DNA from: an uncultured bacterium
GTDB lineage: Bacteria > Acidobacteriota > Vicinamibacteria > Vicinamibacterales > UBA2999
Assembly (NCBI GenBank): GCA_963923455.1
Contig: CAWULT010000006.1
Coordinates: forward strand, 1,586-65,585
Length of the DNA stretch: 64,000 nt
Direction: 5' to 3'
Shown here: one piece after another, positions 9,904-19,182 of the stretch
Layout: every line of letters begins with the position of its first letter
Position numbering within the stretch: the first letter of the stretch is position 1
Notes under the pieces: model-generated
What the model was told of the DNA's origin: nothing
Databases searched by the model: none
What the model saw: only the letters and a program-made list of their open reading frames with translations
Program-made: the position numbers and the translations under genes

Positions 9904-10023
9904 GGAAGGCGCTGTCGCCGAGCAGGCGCGCGCCTGGAGGGCCTGGGCGAGACGCTCACCGGTACCCGGGCGGGATTCGAGTCGATGAACCGCGCGTCGA
10001 AAGCCAGGGCCGAGTCGGCCTGA

Positions 10024-10269
10024 TCAGAGATACGCGAGCAGCGCGGCCAGCGCGTCGTAGACCACCTGCGCGAGCTGCAGCACGAGTAGCGAGATCTCGC
10101 CCGAGTCGACGGCCGTCGCCACGGTGACGGGGTCGGTCAGCAGGAGCCAGATCGTCGCGCCGGCGATCACGGCGGCGATGATGCCCACGACCACCCCGAC
10201 GCGTACGACACGGTCGAACGTCTGTTCGTCCGAGGCGGGCGGACCGGTGGACCGGTCGGATTCGGGCAT
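10024..10269 (-). CDS. Small membrane protein, hypothetical
   Basis: 81 aa, GC3-rich codons, one strongly hydrophobic span VVVGIIAAVIAGATIWLLL. No family recognised. Confidence 0.45.
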   Translation of the reverse strand: MPESDRSTGPPASDEQTFDRVVRVGVVVGIIAAVIAGATIWLLLTDPVTVATAVDSGEISLLVLQLAQVVYDALAALLAYL

Positions 10270-10394
10270 GGCGGCCTGATGTGGAGACGGTTAGCGTACT
10301 ACGACGCGCGGACCACCGTTCTGGCCGGAAGCCGGCCGATGCAGAAACGTTGGCGGCGCGGCCGCAGGCAAGTTCCCCCGGATGCGTAGGAGCA

Positions 10395-11774
10395 CTACCG
10401 ACGCGGCTCGACGGGCAGGAGCTCTGGCTCGCCGATGTCGAGCGTGCGCAGCGGCCCCTCGATCTGGGCGGGGTCGCCGACGATGACCGTGTGCATCTTC
10501 GCCGGGTCGAGATAGCGCTCCGCGGCGCGCGTGACGTCGGACGCCGTCACGGCGTTGATCTTCGGCACGAACTCGGCGAAGTAGGCGTCGGGCAGATCGT
10601 AGAGCACGAGCTGCGACACGGCGCGCGCCACCTGCTGGGTGGTCTCGAACCCGCGCGGATATCCCCGCGTCAGGGACGCCTTCGCCAGGGCCAGCTCCGC
10701 GTCGGTGACGGGCTTCGGGCCGCGGATGCCGGCCAGCTCAGCCAGTGCTTCCTCGACGGCCTCGGCGGTGGAGCCCGTGTGGACGCTCGTCTGCAGCGCG
10801 AACGGCGCGAGGCCCCGGCGCCAGTCGAAGCCGGAGCGGGCGCCGTAGGTGAACGCCTTTTCCTCGCGCAGCTTCAGGTTCAGGCGGCTGACGAACTGGC
10901 CCCCGAGCACCGCGTTCATCACCGTCAGCGCCGAATAGTCTGGCGTGCCGCGCCGTGCGGAGAGGTGCCCGATCCGCAACTCGGACTGCGCGGCGCCCTC
11001 CCGTGGCACGATGGCGAGGCCGCCGCGCGTGGCCGGCGGCTCGATGTCGGCGGCTGCCGGCTCCTGGGCCACGCACCCGGCGGGATCCTCCCAGCCGCCG
11101 AACGCTTCAGCCACCGCCTGCAGCAGCGCCTCGTGCGACAGGCGCCCGACGGCCACCACCGTCGCCGCCGACGGCCGGCACCGCCAGGTCTGGAACGCCT
11201 CGACGTCGGTCAGCGCCAGCGACGACAGCGCCGCCTCGGTGCCGATGGAGAGATGCCCGTAGGGGTGAAGACCGTAGAGCCGGCGCAGGAAGGCGCGGTC
11301 GGCCGTCGGACCCGGCATGTCCTTGAGCTGCGTCAACCTGTCGATCCGCAGCTGGCGGACGCGGTCGAAGTCCGCCTGACGCAGGCTCGGCCGCGAGATC
11401 ATCCGCGCGGCGAGGTCCGCTCCGCGGGCGGCGAAGCGGGTCAGCGTCGTCAGGGAGAAGCTCGTGGCGTCGGCGCCGACCTCCACCTCGTACTCGGCGC
11501 CGATGCGCTCGAGCGCGTCGGAGACATCGATGGCGCTGAGGTCGCCCGTGCCCTCGTCGGCCATGTCGGCCGTGATCGCCGCGAGCCCCTCGCGGCCGGA
11601 CGGATCCGCACCGTAGCCGCCGTCGATCTGGACGATGAAGGTCACGACGGGCACGCCGTGGTGCTCTACCGTGCACACGCGCGCGCCGTTGGCCAGCTGA
11701 TGGCGGGCGATGCGCGGGAAGGCGAACGCCGGGTCCGGGCCGACGGCCGGCAGCGCCGAACGATCCACGGCCAT
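10395..11774 (-). CDS. M16-family peptidase-like protein, non-catalytic partner (no HxxEH)
   Basis: Internal ATG 11774 of track ORF 10395..12986, 459 aa. M16 fold blocks are present (..GREGLAAITADMADEGTG.., ..FVSRLNLKLREEKAFTYGA..) but the zinc motif is absent. TGATG junction with the upstream M16 gene. Confidence 0.8.
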   Translation of the reverse strand: MAVDRSALPAVGPDPAFAFPRIARHQLANGARVCTVEHHGVPVVTFIVQIDGGYGADPSGREGLAAITADMADEGTGDLSAIDVSDALERIGAEYEVEVGADATSFSLTTLTRFAARGADLAARMISRPSLRQADFDRVRQLRIDRLTQLKDMPGPTADRAFLRRLYGLHPYGHLSIGTEAALSSLALTDVEAFQTWRCRPSAATVVAVGRLSHEALLQAVAEAFGGWEDPAGCVAQEPAAADIEPPATRGGLAIVPREGAAQSELRIGHLSARRGTPDYSALTVMNAVLGGQFVSRLNLKLREEKAFTYGARSGFDWRRGLAPFALQTSVHTGSTAEAVEEALAELAGIRGPKPVTDAELALAKASLTRGYPRGFETTQQVARAVSQLVLYDLPDAYFAEFVPKINAVTASDVTRAAERYLDPAKMHTVIVGDPAQIEGPLRTLDIGEPELLPVEPRR

Positions 11775-13099
11775 CACGACACCACCACGGGCTCGGAGCC
11801 CGGCAGCGCGAGCGCGACCTGCCCGCGCGGCACCACGCTCAGCGCCACGCGGGGCTTCGAGGTCAGGTGCGCAGCGACGGCGCCCCGCACCGACGCGCGC
11901 GTGGCGGCGCGGTAGCGCTCGAGATCGCGCCCGAAGAAGCCGGGGTCGCCCGTGAAGACGTTGTAGAGATTCAGCTGGTCGGACTTGCCGCCGAAGCCGC
12001 CCACCGTCTGCAGCCGGTACATGAAGTGCGCCTCGGCGTGCGCGGCACCGCGTTCCATCTCGGCGTCGGTCGGGCCGTCGGCGGCCACGCGCCGCAGCTC
12101 CTCGTCGACGATGGCGGCGATCTCGGCCAGCCCGTGGCCCGGTGCCGCGGTCACGGCGAGCAGGAAGAAGCTGCTCAGCAGCCGTGAGTGCTGCGAGGCC
12201 GAGACGTCGAGCGCGATGCGCCTCTCGTAGACGAGCGTGCGATAGAGGCGCGAGGTCTTGCCGTTGGCGAGCAGGTCTGCCGCAAGGTCCAGGTCCGCGT
12301 CGCCAGGCGCGAACATCGCCGGCGAGTGCCACGCCAGGTACAGGCGCGGCAACTCGACGCGGTCCTCCTGCACGAGCGCGCGCCCGCGGTCGAGCGACGC
12401 GGTGGCCGTCACGGCTGGCGGTCGCTCCCCGGCGGGGAAGTCGCCGAAGTAGCGGTCGGCCAGGTCGAAGGCGCGCGCGGTCTCGATGTCGCCCGCGAGC
12501 ACGAGCGATGCGTTGCACGGCTGGTAGTACGTCCGGAAGAAGGCCTGCACGTCCTCGAACTGCATCGCGCGGATGTCGTCGGCCGCGCCAATGGTCATCC
12601 AGCTGTAGGGATGCCCTGGAGGAAACAGCGCGTCGACGATGGCCATGAACGCCAACCCGTACGGCCGGTTCTCGTAGCTCTGGCGCCGCTCGTTGAGCAC
12701 GACCCCGCGCTGGGTCTCGAACCGCTCGCGCGTCAACGCGGGCAGCAGGTAGCCCATCCGGTCGGACTCCATCCACAGCGCCAGGTCGACGGCGCTCGTC
12801 GGCACCACCTCCCAGTAGTTGGTCCGGTCGGTGCTCGTCGAGCCGTTGAGCAGCGCACCCGCCTGCTGCAGCGGAGGAAAGTAGCCGGCGTCGTGGTGCT
12901 CGGAGCCCTCGAACATCAGGTGCTCGAACAGGTGCGCGAAGCCGGTGCGGCCGGGACGCTCGTCCTTCGAGCCCACCCGGTACCACAGGTTCACGGCCAC
13001 GATCGGCACGTGGCGATCCTCGTGGACGATCACGTCCAGGCCGTTGCCGAGGGTGCGCCTGGCGAACGGCAGCTCGATCGACGACACGTCGGCGCTCAC
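11774..13099 (-). CDS. M16-family zinc metallopeptidase (HxxEH present)
   Basis: GTG 13099 overlaps the apbC TGA (GTGA), 441 aa. HLFEHLMFEGS zinc-binding motif and LNGSTSTDRTNY. Confidence 0.85.
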   Translation of the reverse strand: MSADVSSIELPFARRTLGNGLDVIVHEDRHVPIVAVNLWYRVGSKDERPGRTGFAHLFEHLMFEGSEHHDAGYFPPLQQAGALLNGSTSTDRTNYWEVVPTSAVDLALWMESDRMGYLLPALTRERFETQRGVVLNERRQSYENRPYGLAFMAIVDALFPPGHPYSWMTIGAADDIRAMQFEDVQAFFRTYYQPCNASLVLAGDIETARAFDLADRYFGDFPAGERPPAVTATASLDRGRALVQEDRVELPRLYLAWHSPAMFAPGDADLDLAADLLANGKTSRLYRTLVYERRIALDVSASQHSRLLSSFFLLAVTAAPGHGLAEIAAIVDEELRRVAADGPTDAEMERGAAHAEAHFMYRLQTVGGFGGKSDQLNLYNVFTGDPGFFGRDLERYRAATRASVRGAVAAHLTSKPRVALSVVPRGQVALALPGSEPVVVS

Positions 13100-14196
13100 C
13101 GGACCGGGATCAGCGGGATCTTGCCCTTGAAGGCCTCGGCGTTCTTGTGGGCCGAGATCGACACCTGCGCGGCCGCACGCTCGGCCACCGTGAAGAACGC
13201 GCGCGCCGCCGCCGACGCAGGCTCCGACACGACGATGGGCACGCCCGTGTCGCCTCCTTCGCGGATCGGCTGGTAGATCGGCAGGCGGCCGAGGAACGGC
13301 ACGTTCATGTCGCGCGCGAGCCCCTCGCCCCCGCCGTGGCCGAAGATGTCGGACTCGTGGTGGCAGTTGGGGCACGAGAAGTAGCTCATGTTCTCGACGA
13401 TGCCGAGTGTGGGGATCTTGAGCTTCTCGTACATCCGTACGGCGCGACGGCTGTCGGCCAGCGACACCTGCTGCGGCGTCGTCACGACGACCGCGCCGAC
13501 GACCGGCACGGTCTGGCTCAGGCTGAGCGCCACGTCGCCGGTGCCCGGCGGCATGTCGATGATCAGGTAGTCCAGGTCCTTCCAGGCCACTTCCTTGAAG
13601 AACTGCTGGATGGCGCCGTGCAGCATCGGACCGCGCCAGATGATGGCCGAGTCGTCGTTGGTCATGAAGCCAATCGACACCACCTGCACGCCGTGCTTCT
13701 CGGCCGGCAGGATCTTCTGCCCGTCGGTCGTCAACTGGGTGTTGAGGCCGAACATCATCGGCACGTTCGGACCGTAGATGTCGCCGTCGAGAATGCCGAC
13801 CTTGCTGCCGAGCCGCGCCAGCGCGAGCGCCAGGTTCACCGCGACCGTCGTCTTGCCGACGCCGCCCTTGCCGGCACCCACCGCGATGACGTTCTTGACG
13901 CCTGCGAGCGGCGGCCCGCCCTTCTCCGGCGCCGACGCCGACCGCACCCGGGCCGTCATCTGCACCTGCACGTCGGCCACCCCGGGCAACGCCCTCACGG
14001 CGGCCACGGCCTGGTCGCGCATCTGGTCCTTGACGGGACAAGCGGGCGTCGTCAGCTCGATCTGGAACGACACACGGCCGTCGGCAACGGCGAGGTCCTT
14101 GACGAACCCAAGCGTCACGATGTCGCGGCGCAGGTCGGGGTCGTTCACCGCGCGCAGCGCGTTCAGGATGGCGTCACGGTCAGCAGTCGGGGACAT
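13096..14196 (-). CDS. apbC: Fe-S cluster carrier ATPase, Mrp/NBP35/ApbC family
   Basis: 366 aa. N-terminal DUF59-like ILNALRAVNDPDLRRDIVTLGFV, deviant Walker A GKGGVGKTTV, CPNC motif. Confidence 0.9.
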   Translation of the reverse strand: MSPTADRDAILNALRAVNDPDLRRDIVTLGFVKDLAVADGRVSFQIELTTPACPVKDQMRDQAVAAVRALPGVADVQVQMTARVRSASAPEKGGPPLAGVKNVIAVGAGKGGVGKTTVAVNLALALARLGSKVGILDGDIYGPNVPMMFGLNTQLTTDGQKILPAEKHGVQVVSIGFMTNDDSAIIWRGPMLHGAIQQFFKEVAWKDLDYLIIDMPPGTGDVALSLSQTVPVVGAVVVTTPQQVSLADSRRAVRMYEKLKIPTLGIVENMSYFSCPNCHHESDIFGHGGGEGLARDMNVPFLGRLPIYQPIREGGDTGVPIVVSEPASAAARAFFTVAERAAAQVSISAHKNAEAFKGKIPLIPVR

Positions 14197-14206
14197 GCTT
14201 CCGATC

Positions 14207-14593
14207 TTATCCCTTGCGGCCGACCGTGAAGAGGCGGTCGCCGCCGTGGGTCAGCAGCACCCAGAACGCATAGGCACCGAGCGCGGTCCCGAAGGGCAGC
14301 ACCAGCAGATCGACGCCGGCCAGGCCGAGCATCAGCAGCCGCCCGACCGGCCGGTGCCGGCGCAGCATGGCCGACACCCACAGGTGGGCGGCGCCCCAGG
14401 TGACCGCGATCAGCCCGAAGATCGCGACGGCGGCGGCCGTCAGGCCGGCGGCCACGCCGAGTGCCGGACCGGTCGGCACGAGCCCCTGCGAGAACGCGCC
14501 CGCGGCCAGCAGCAGCAGGGACACGCCCACCAGGGCCGCCAGCGCACCCCACACGGCGGCCAGCACCGCGAGCAGCGCGAGATGGCGTTCCAC
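14207..14593 (-). CDS. Integral membrane protein, hypothetical
   Basis: 128 aa with about four hydrophobic spans. Lies 10 nt upstream of apbC on the same strand. Confidence 0.5.
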   Translation of the reverse strand: MERHLALLAVLAAVWGALAALVGVSLLLLAAGAFSQGLVPTGPALGVAAGLTAAAVAIFGLIAVTWGAAHLWVSAMLRRHRPVGRLLMLGLAGVDLLVLPFGTALGAYAFWVLLTHGGDRLFTVGRKG

Positions 14594-14599
14594 GGCGGA

Positions 14600-15058
14600 T
14601 CAGGCCACCGAGACGCGCAACTCGACCAGGGTGGGCGGATGGTGCCGGGGCGTGACGGTGAAGTGGAAGCGGGCGCCGTCGGCGACGCCGGCCGGCAGGC
14701 TCACCTGCACCTGGTGCTGCAGGTATTCGGCGCCGGTGCCGGCGCACCCGGCGCAGTGCTCCGCCCACGACTCCCCGCGGCCGCCGCACTGGCGGCAGAC
14801 GCAGCGGACGGCCACCTCGAGCGGCAGCACGGCGCCGGCGGCGGCGTCCCGCCGGGTCAGCCACAGCGAGGCCATCACCGGCAACGGACGCTCGGGCGCG
14901 ACGAAACCGCGCCGGATCCGGTCCACGGCCTCGTCGATCGACGGAAAGTCGATCGCGACTTCGTCGGCGAAATACCGGGACGCGCGGCGGCGCTCTTCCC
15001 CCGCCAGCACGGCCACGGCGCCGCCCCCGAACGGCCGGAACGTCGGATCGCCCATCAC
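14600..15058 (-). CDS. Protein with a DnaJ-type CR zinc-finger segment, hypothetical
   Basis: 152 aa. Two CxxCxGxG repeats (CRQCGGRG, CAGCAGTG) as in the DnaJ cysteine-rich domain. No J domain. Confidence 0.5.
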   Translation of the reverse strand: MMGDPTFRPFGGGAVAVLAGEERRRASRYFADEVAIDFPSIDEAVDRIRRGFVAPERPLPVMASLWLTRRDAAAGAVLPLEVAVRCVCRQCGGRGESWAEHCAGCAGTGAEYLQHQVQVSLPAGVADGARFHFTVTPRHHPPTLVELRVSVA

Positions 15059-15095
15059 AGAGCTGGTACCATAGGAGCCGGGTCAGGAGAAGTCA

Positions 15096-15263
15096 ATGCC
15101 ACCGAAGGAATGCCCGATGTGCGGCGAGTTCATGCGACTCGTCGAACGCCAGCTGACCGATCGCGTTCCAGGCACGCCCCAGACCGCGACCAAGACGCTG
15201 CAGGAGTGGGTGTGCCCGGAATGTGACTACTTCGAAGAACTGAACAAGGACGGGGAAGACTGA
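15096..15263 (+). CDS. 55-aa zinc-ribbon protein (not in the ORF track)
   Basis: Manual translation: MPPKECPMCGEFMRLVERQLTDRVPGTPQTATKTLQEWVCPECDYFEELNKDGED. Two CxxC pairs (C6/C9, C40/C43). GGAGAA lies 6 nt upstream of the ATG. Confidence 0.5.
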   Translation: MPPKECPMCGEFMRLVERQLTDRVPGTPQTATKTLQEWVCPECDYFEELNKDGED

Positions 15264-15274
15264 AGGGAGGCGAG

Positions 15275-15290
15275 GCGGCCGGGCGGCCGC
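15275..15290. terminator. GC hairpin between convergent small ORFs
   Basis: GCGGCC-GGGC-GGCCGC, a 6-bp stem lying exactly between the stops at 15263 and 15292. No T-tract. Confidence 0.3.
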
Positions 15291-15291
15291 G

Positions 15292-15537
15292 CTAGCGGGC
15301 GCCGAGCGTCAGCAGCAGTTCCTTCCGGACCCCTTCGTCGACGTCGTCGATGTTCAGGGCCGTCTCACACTCGTCGCAGAGCAGTTCGAGCACGTTCGGG
15401 CGCCCCTCTTCCGACACGTCGACCCGGCCATCCTCGAGGCTGACGATGTGCATCTGCAGCGTCTTGACGAGGAACTTCTGGTCATTCCCGCAACTGGGAC
15501 AGGTCAACGCCACGAGCGTCTCCTCTTTGGTGGTCAA
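15292..15537 (-). CDS. 81-aa zinc-ribbon protein, hypothetical
   Basis: TTG start with GAGGAG 7 nt upstream. CPSC (13-16) and CDEC (54-57) pairs. Acidic C-terminal half. Confidence 0.55.
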   Translation of the reverse strand: MTTKEETLVALTCPSCGNDQKFLVKTLQMHIVSLEDGRVDVSEEGRPNVLELLCDECETALNIDDVDEGVRKELLLTLGAR

Positions 15538-15602
15538 CGGTCACTCCTCGGTGAAGCGCACGGCTCACGGTCCCGGCACCCGCCCGCGACCCGCCGGATC
15601 CG

Positions 15603-15632
15603 ATTGTATGGGAAGGCTTCCGGGAGGCGCAA
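15603..15632 (-). promoter_or_regulatory. Candidate sigma70-type promoter for the 81-aa ORF
   Basis: The minus strand reads TTGCGC-18 nt-TACAAT, about 65 nt upstream of the TTG start. Confidence 0.25.
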
Positions 15633-15729
15633 TCAGAATCGGGCCCAAATCTGGTGATATTTCGGCCAGACGCGCCCAGATGCACGCTTTCGCCGTCCAT
15701 CGTCAACGCAGCCCGAAGCCGCGTCGTAT

Positions 15730-18700
15730 CTATTTCGCCTCAGGGGTGGCGTAGACCAGGAGCGAGGTGACCGGTATCCCAGAAAACACGGACTGTGCGG
15801 CCCGGCGGTAGAACCCGGCCTGCACCTCGTGCTCGGGCTTGGGACGCCCGGTCTTGAACTCCAGCACCGTGACCGCGCCCGAGGCCGACCGCACCAGGCA
15901 GTCGATGGTGCCGCGCACGACGCGGCCCTGTTCCACCATCGAGAACGGGACCTCGTAGAACGCCTCGGCGTCGCGCAGCACCTCCTGCACGTCGGCCCGC
16001 CCGCGGATGGCCTCAAAAGCCTCGACGGCCTGCTCGATCCAGGCGGCGCGGTCGACCGCCTCTGCCCCCTCGTCGTCCCCCAGCAGCCTGGCTGCCGCCG
16101 CCCGCACACGACCCCGGGCTGCCCGATCGCCGGGCTCGGCAACCAGCGCCGGGTCCACGCCGGCCCGCTGCAGCAGCCGATGCACCAGCACCCCGATCGC
16201 ACGGCTGGAGGCATCGCCCTGCAGGGCCCGGCGCACCCGCGCGGCGTCGCCGCCCGCGACGGCCTCGGCCGCAGCCGCGGTCGACGACACGGGACCCGGC
16301 GCCGCGTCGACCGGCGCCAGATCGTCGTCGGTCGAGCCCCGCGCAGCGTCGGGCGACGCTGGCAGACCACCCCCCTGCGGGGTGAGGGCAACGGCCCGGT
16401 CAGCGGCCGGGAACGGCGCGCCCGCCCCGGACGCGATCCCCGTCCCGACAGCCGCCGGAGCCGACTCCGGGCGGCAGACCCGGAAGGTGTGGACAGCCCC
16501 CGACCGCGCCGACCAGGCCACCGGATCCGCCCCCGCCAGCGCCTGCGAAAAGAGCGCCTGGACCGGGAGCGGCAGCACGGAGGCCAGGCTGCCGGTTCCG
16601 GGCGCGAGCCGCCCGTCCTTGAGCGCCGACGCCAGGTACAGGCGGTCGCGCGCGCGTGTCAACGCGACGTAGAGCAGTCGCTTGGTTTCCTCCGCGTCGC
16701 GCGGCGCCTCGTCCTCGTCGGCCTCGGACAGGAAGTCGCCGACCGATACGGAAGGCGACCCGTCGGGTGCGCCGCTGAGGCGGATCGGATCACGGCGGTT
16801 GCCCGTGCCCCGCGACAGGTTCACCAGGAACACCACCGGAAACTCGAGGCCCTTCGAGGCGTGGACCGTCATCAGGTTCACCGCGTCGGTGGCGTCGATC
16901 GCGGCGTTGGCCTCGTCGCCCACGGCCAGCCGGTCCAGGTGCGACACGATGCGATCGAGCGTGGCGTAGCCGCGGTTCTGGATCCGGCGGACGAGGGCAC
17001 GGAACTTCTTCAGGTTCTCGCGGGCCTGCGGCCGCCGCGGTCCGCGCAACTCGAACGCATAGGCCGACTCCCGCAGGACGACGTCGAGCAGTTCGGCCGG
17101 CGGGACCCGGTCGACGAGCGTGCGCCAGCGCGCCGACGATGCTCGCGCCGCCACGAACACGCGCCGGTCGTCCTCATCGAGCGTGCCCACCGCCGGCGGG
17201 GCCTCGGGCATCCGCAGCGCGTCGGCCAGGCGCGGAGCCAGCCGGCGCAAGCCCTCGTCCGACACGCGGACGAACCGTGACCGCAGCCATGCCGCCGCCC
17301 GCAGGTCCGAGACCGGGTCGGCCAGGTACCACAGCAGCGCCAGGACGTCCTTGATCTCGTCCGCGTCGAAGAAGCCCAGGCCCTTGTAGACGTACGAGGG
17401 GATGCCGCGCCGCTCGAGCGCCTGCTCGAACTCGCGGTGGCTCTCGCGGGTACGGAACAGGATCGCGACGTCACCCGGCCGCACGTCGCGGGGCAACCCG
17501 GTGTCACGGTCGCGCACCTGGGCCTTCTGGTCGATCAGCCGGCCGATCTCGACCGCGGTCAGCCCGGCACACGCCTCGGGCGTGTCGGCCGCGAGCAGCC
17601 CGAGCGCCTCGCCCATGGGCGAGGCGACCGCACCGTGGAGGGGAAACCGGTCGGCCTCCTCGTAGGCGAAGGCGTCGGCACGGGCCGGCACCTTGTCGAT
17701 CTCGGCGCAGACGTCGTTGAAGAAGCCGAGCAGCGCGGGCCCCGATCGGTAGCTGCGCGAGATCGACCGGCGCACGTCGCCGCCCGGCCGCAACGACTCG
17801 AGGTGCCGCCCGGCCTCGCGGAGCACCGAGACGTCCGCGTCGCGAAAGCCGTAGATCGACTGCTTGCGGTCACCGACGATGAAGATCGACGGCTCGAGCG
17901 GGCCCTGGTGCGCCAGGCCCGCGCCGGCGCCCCACGCCTGCACGAGCAGCGACACGAGCTCCCACTGCGCGCGGCTCGTGTCCTGGAACTCGTCGACGAG
18001 CACGTGGTGATAGCGCGACTCCAGGCGGTATCGGCTCTGCGAGAACTCCTCCATCTGCCGCAGCAGCTGCAGGGCGCGCAGCAGCACGTCCGAGAAGTCG
18101 AGCACCGCGTGCGTGTCGAGCGTGCGCCGGTACTCCTGCTCGGCGACGCGGAACACCCGCATCACGCCGCGTGACACCAGCACGTTGAGGTCCTGGCGGT
18201 AGGCCGCGTACGCCTGGACGAAGGCGGCTGCGTGCCCGACCACGGCCTCCTTGTGGTACCGGTAGTCGGCCTCGGACGCGAACTGGCTCTTCGGGTGGCC
18301 CGGCCGCTTGCGTGGCTCGCCCTCCTGTGTGCAGAACACCGGCCGGCACCGCGCAAAGGCCGCCTGCACGCTCGCGGGTTCGTGGCGTCCGTCCTGCAGC
18401 ACCGCGCGCAGCTGGCGCGCGACCAGCCGGAAGCCCGGCGCCAGCGGGCCGCGCTCGATGAACCCCTCGACCCCGCCCCGCATCCCGGCGAACAGGTCGC
18501 GCAGGCGCTCGGCGCCGCGCCGCGCCACGGTGGCCACGTCCCAGTCGCGGGGCCCGCTGGCGAGGTAGCGTTCGAGGATGCCGGGCGCGACGATGCGGCG
18601 CCCGAGCAGGGCGGCGAGGCCGGCCCGCAGGCGGCGGTCGCCCAGCTGCGCGAACACCAGCGCGACGTCTTCGTCGCTGCCGGCGATGCCGCGACAGATC

Positions 18701-19182
18701 CGCAGCGCGCGATCGAGCGACGCGTCGACCAGGCGCGGCACCTCGGTCTCGTCGGCCATCGAGAAACCGGGATCGAGATCGGCCTCGAGCGGAAACTCGC
18801 GCAGCAGCGACAGGCAGAACGCGTCGATCGTGCTGATCGCGATGTCGGCGCGGCGATCCTGCAGCTCCCGCCAGCGCTCGGGCCGGATCGCGCCGGTTCG
18901 CGCGGCCGCCTCCAGCGTGGAGACGATGCGCTCGCGCATCTCGGCCGCGGCCTTGCGCGTGAAGGTGATGGCCAGGACGTTCGCCGGGTCCACGCCCTCC
19001 TTCAGCAGGTTGACGTAGCGGTCGACGAGCACCCTCGTCTTGCCCGTGCCAGCCGACGCCTCGAGGGCGACGTTGGCCCGCGGATCGACGGCGCGCGCGC
19101 GGGCGTCGCGATCGCGCGCGTCGATCCGCGACTCGACCGACGTGTCCTCGGCGTCGAACGGCAGCCAGGGGTCACTCGTCAC
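15730..19182 (-). CDS. addA: AddA-type UvrD-family helicase with C-terminal PD-(D/E)XK nuclease
   Basis: Walker A ASAGTGKTRVL, TFTRKAAAEMRER and helicase blocks throughout. C-terminal nuclease GTIDCLV...VLEFKTGRP. GTG 19182 is chosen as start (VTSDPWLPFD...) because the 65 codons upstream are Arg/Pro-rich and overlap addB. The start is uncertain by a few codons. Confidence 0.8.
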   Translation of the reverse strand: MTSDPWLPFDAEDTSVESRIDARDRDARARAVDPRANVALEASAGTGKTRVLVDRYVNLLKEGVDPANVLAITFTRKAAAEMRERIVSTLEAAARTGAIRPERWRELQDRRADIAISTIDAFCLSLLREFPLEADLDPGFSMADETEVPRLVDASLDRALRICRGIAGSDEDVALVFAQLGDRRLRAGLAALLGRRIVAPGILERYLASGPRDWDVATVARRGAERLRDLFAGMRGGVEGFIERGPLAPGFRLVARQLRAVLQDGRHEPASVQAAFARCRPVFCTQEGEPRKRPGHPKSQFASEADYRYHKEAVVGHAAAFVQAYAAYRQDLNVLVSRGVMRVFRVAEQEYRRTLDTHAVLDFSDVLLRALQLLRQMEEFSQSRYRLESRYHHVLVDEFQDTSRAQWELVSLLVQAWGAGAGLAHQGPLEPSIFIVGDRKQSIYGFRDADVSVLREAGRHLESLRPGGDVRRSISRSYRSGPALLGFFNDVCAEIDKVPARADAFAYEEADRFPLHGAVASPMGEALGLLAADTPEACAGLTAVEIGRLIDQKAQVRDRDTGLPRDVRPGDVAILFRTRESHREFEQALERRGIPSYVYKGLGFFDADEIKDVLALLWYLADPVSDLRAAAWLRSRFVRVSDEGLRRLAPRLADALRMPEAPPAVGTLDEDDRRVFVAARASSARWRTLVDRVPPAELLDVVLRESAYAFELRGPRRPQARENLKKFRALVRRIQNRGYATLDRIVSHLDRLAVGDEANAAIDATDAVNLMTVHASKGLEFPVVFLVNLSRGTGNRRDPIRLSGAPDGSPSVSVGDFLSEADEDEAPRDAEETKRLLYVALTRARDRLYLASALKDGRLAPGTGSLASVLPLPVQALFSQALAGADPVAWSARSGAVHTFRVCRPESAPAAVGTGIASGAGAPFPAADRAVALTPQGGGLPASPDAARGSTDDDLAPVDAAPGPVSSTAAAAEAVAGGDAARVRRALQGDASSRAIGVLVHRLLQRAGVDPALVAEPGDRAARGRVRAAAARLLGDDEGAEAVDRAAWIEQAVEAFEAIRGRADVQEVLRDAEAFYEVPFSMVEQGRVVRGTIDCLVRSASGAVTVLEFKTGRPKPEHEVQAGFYRRAAQSVFSGIPVTSLLVYATPEAK

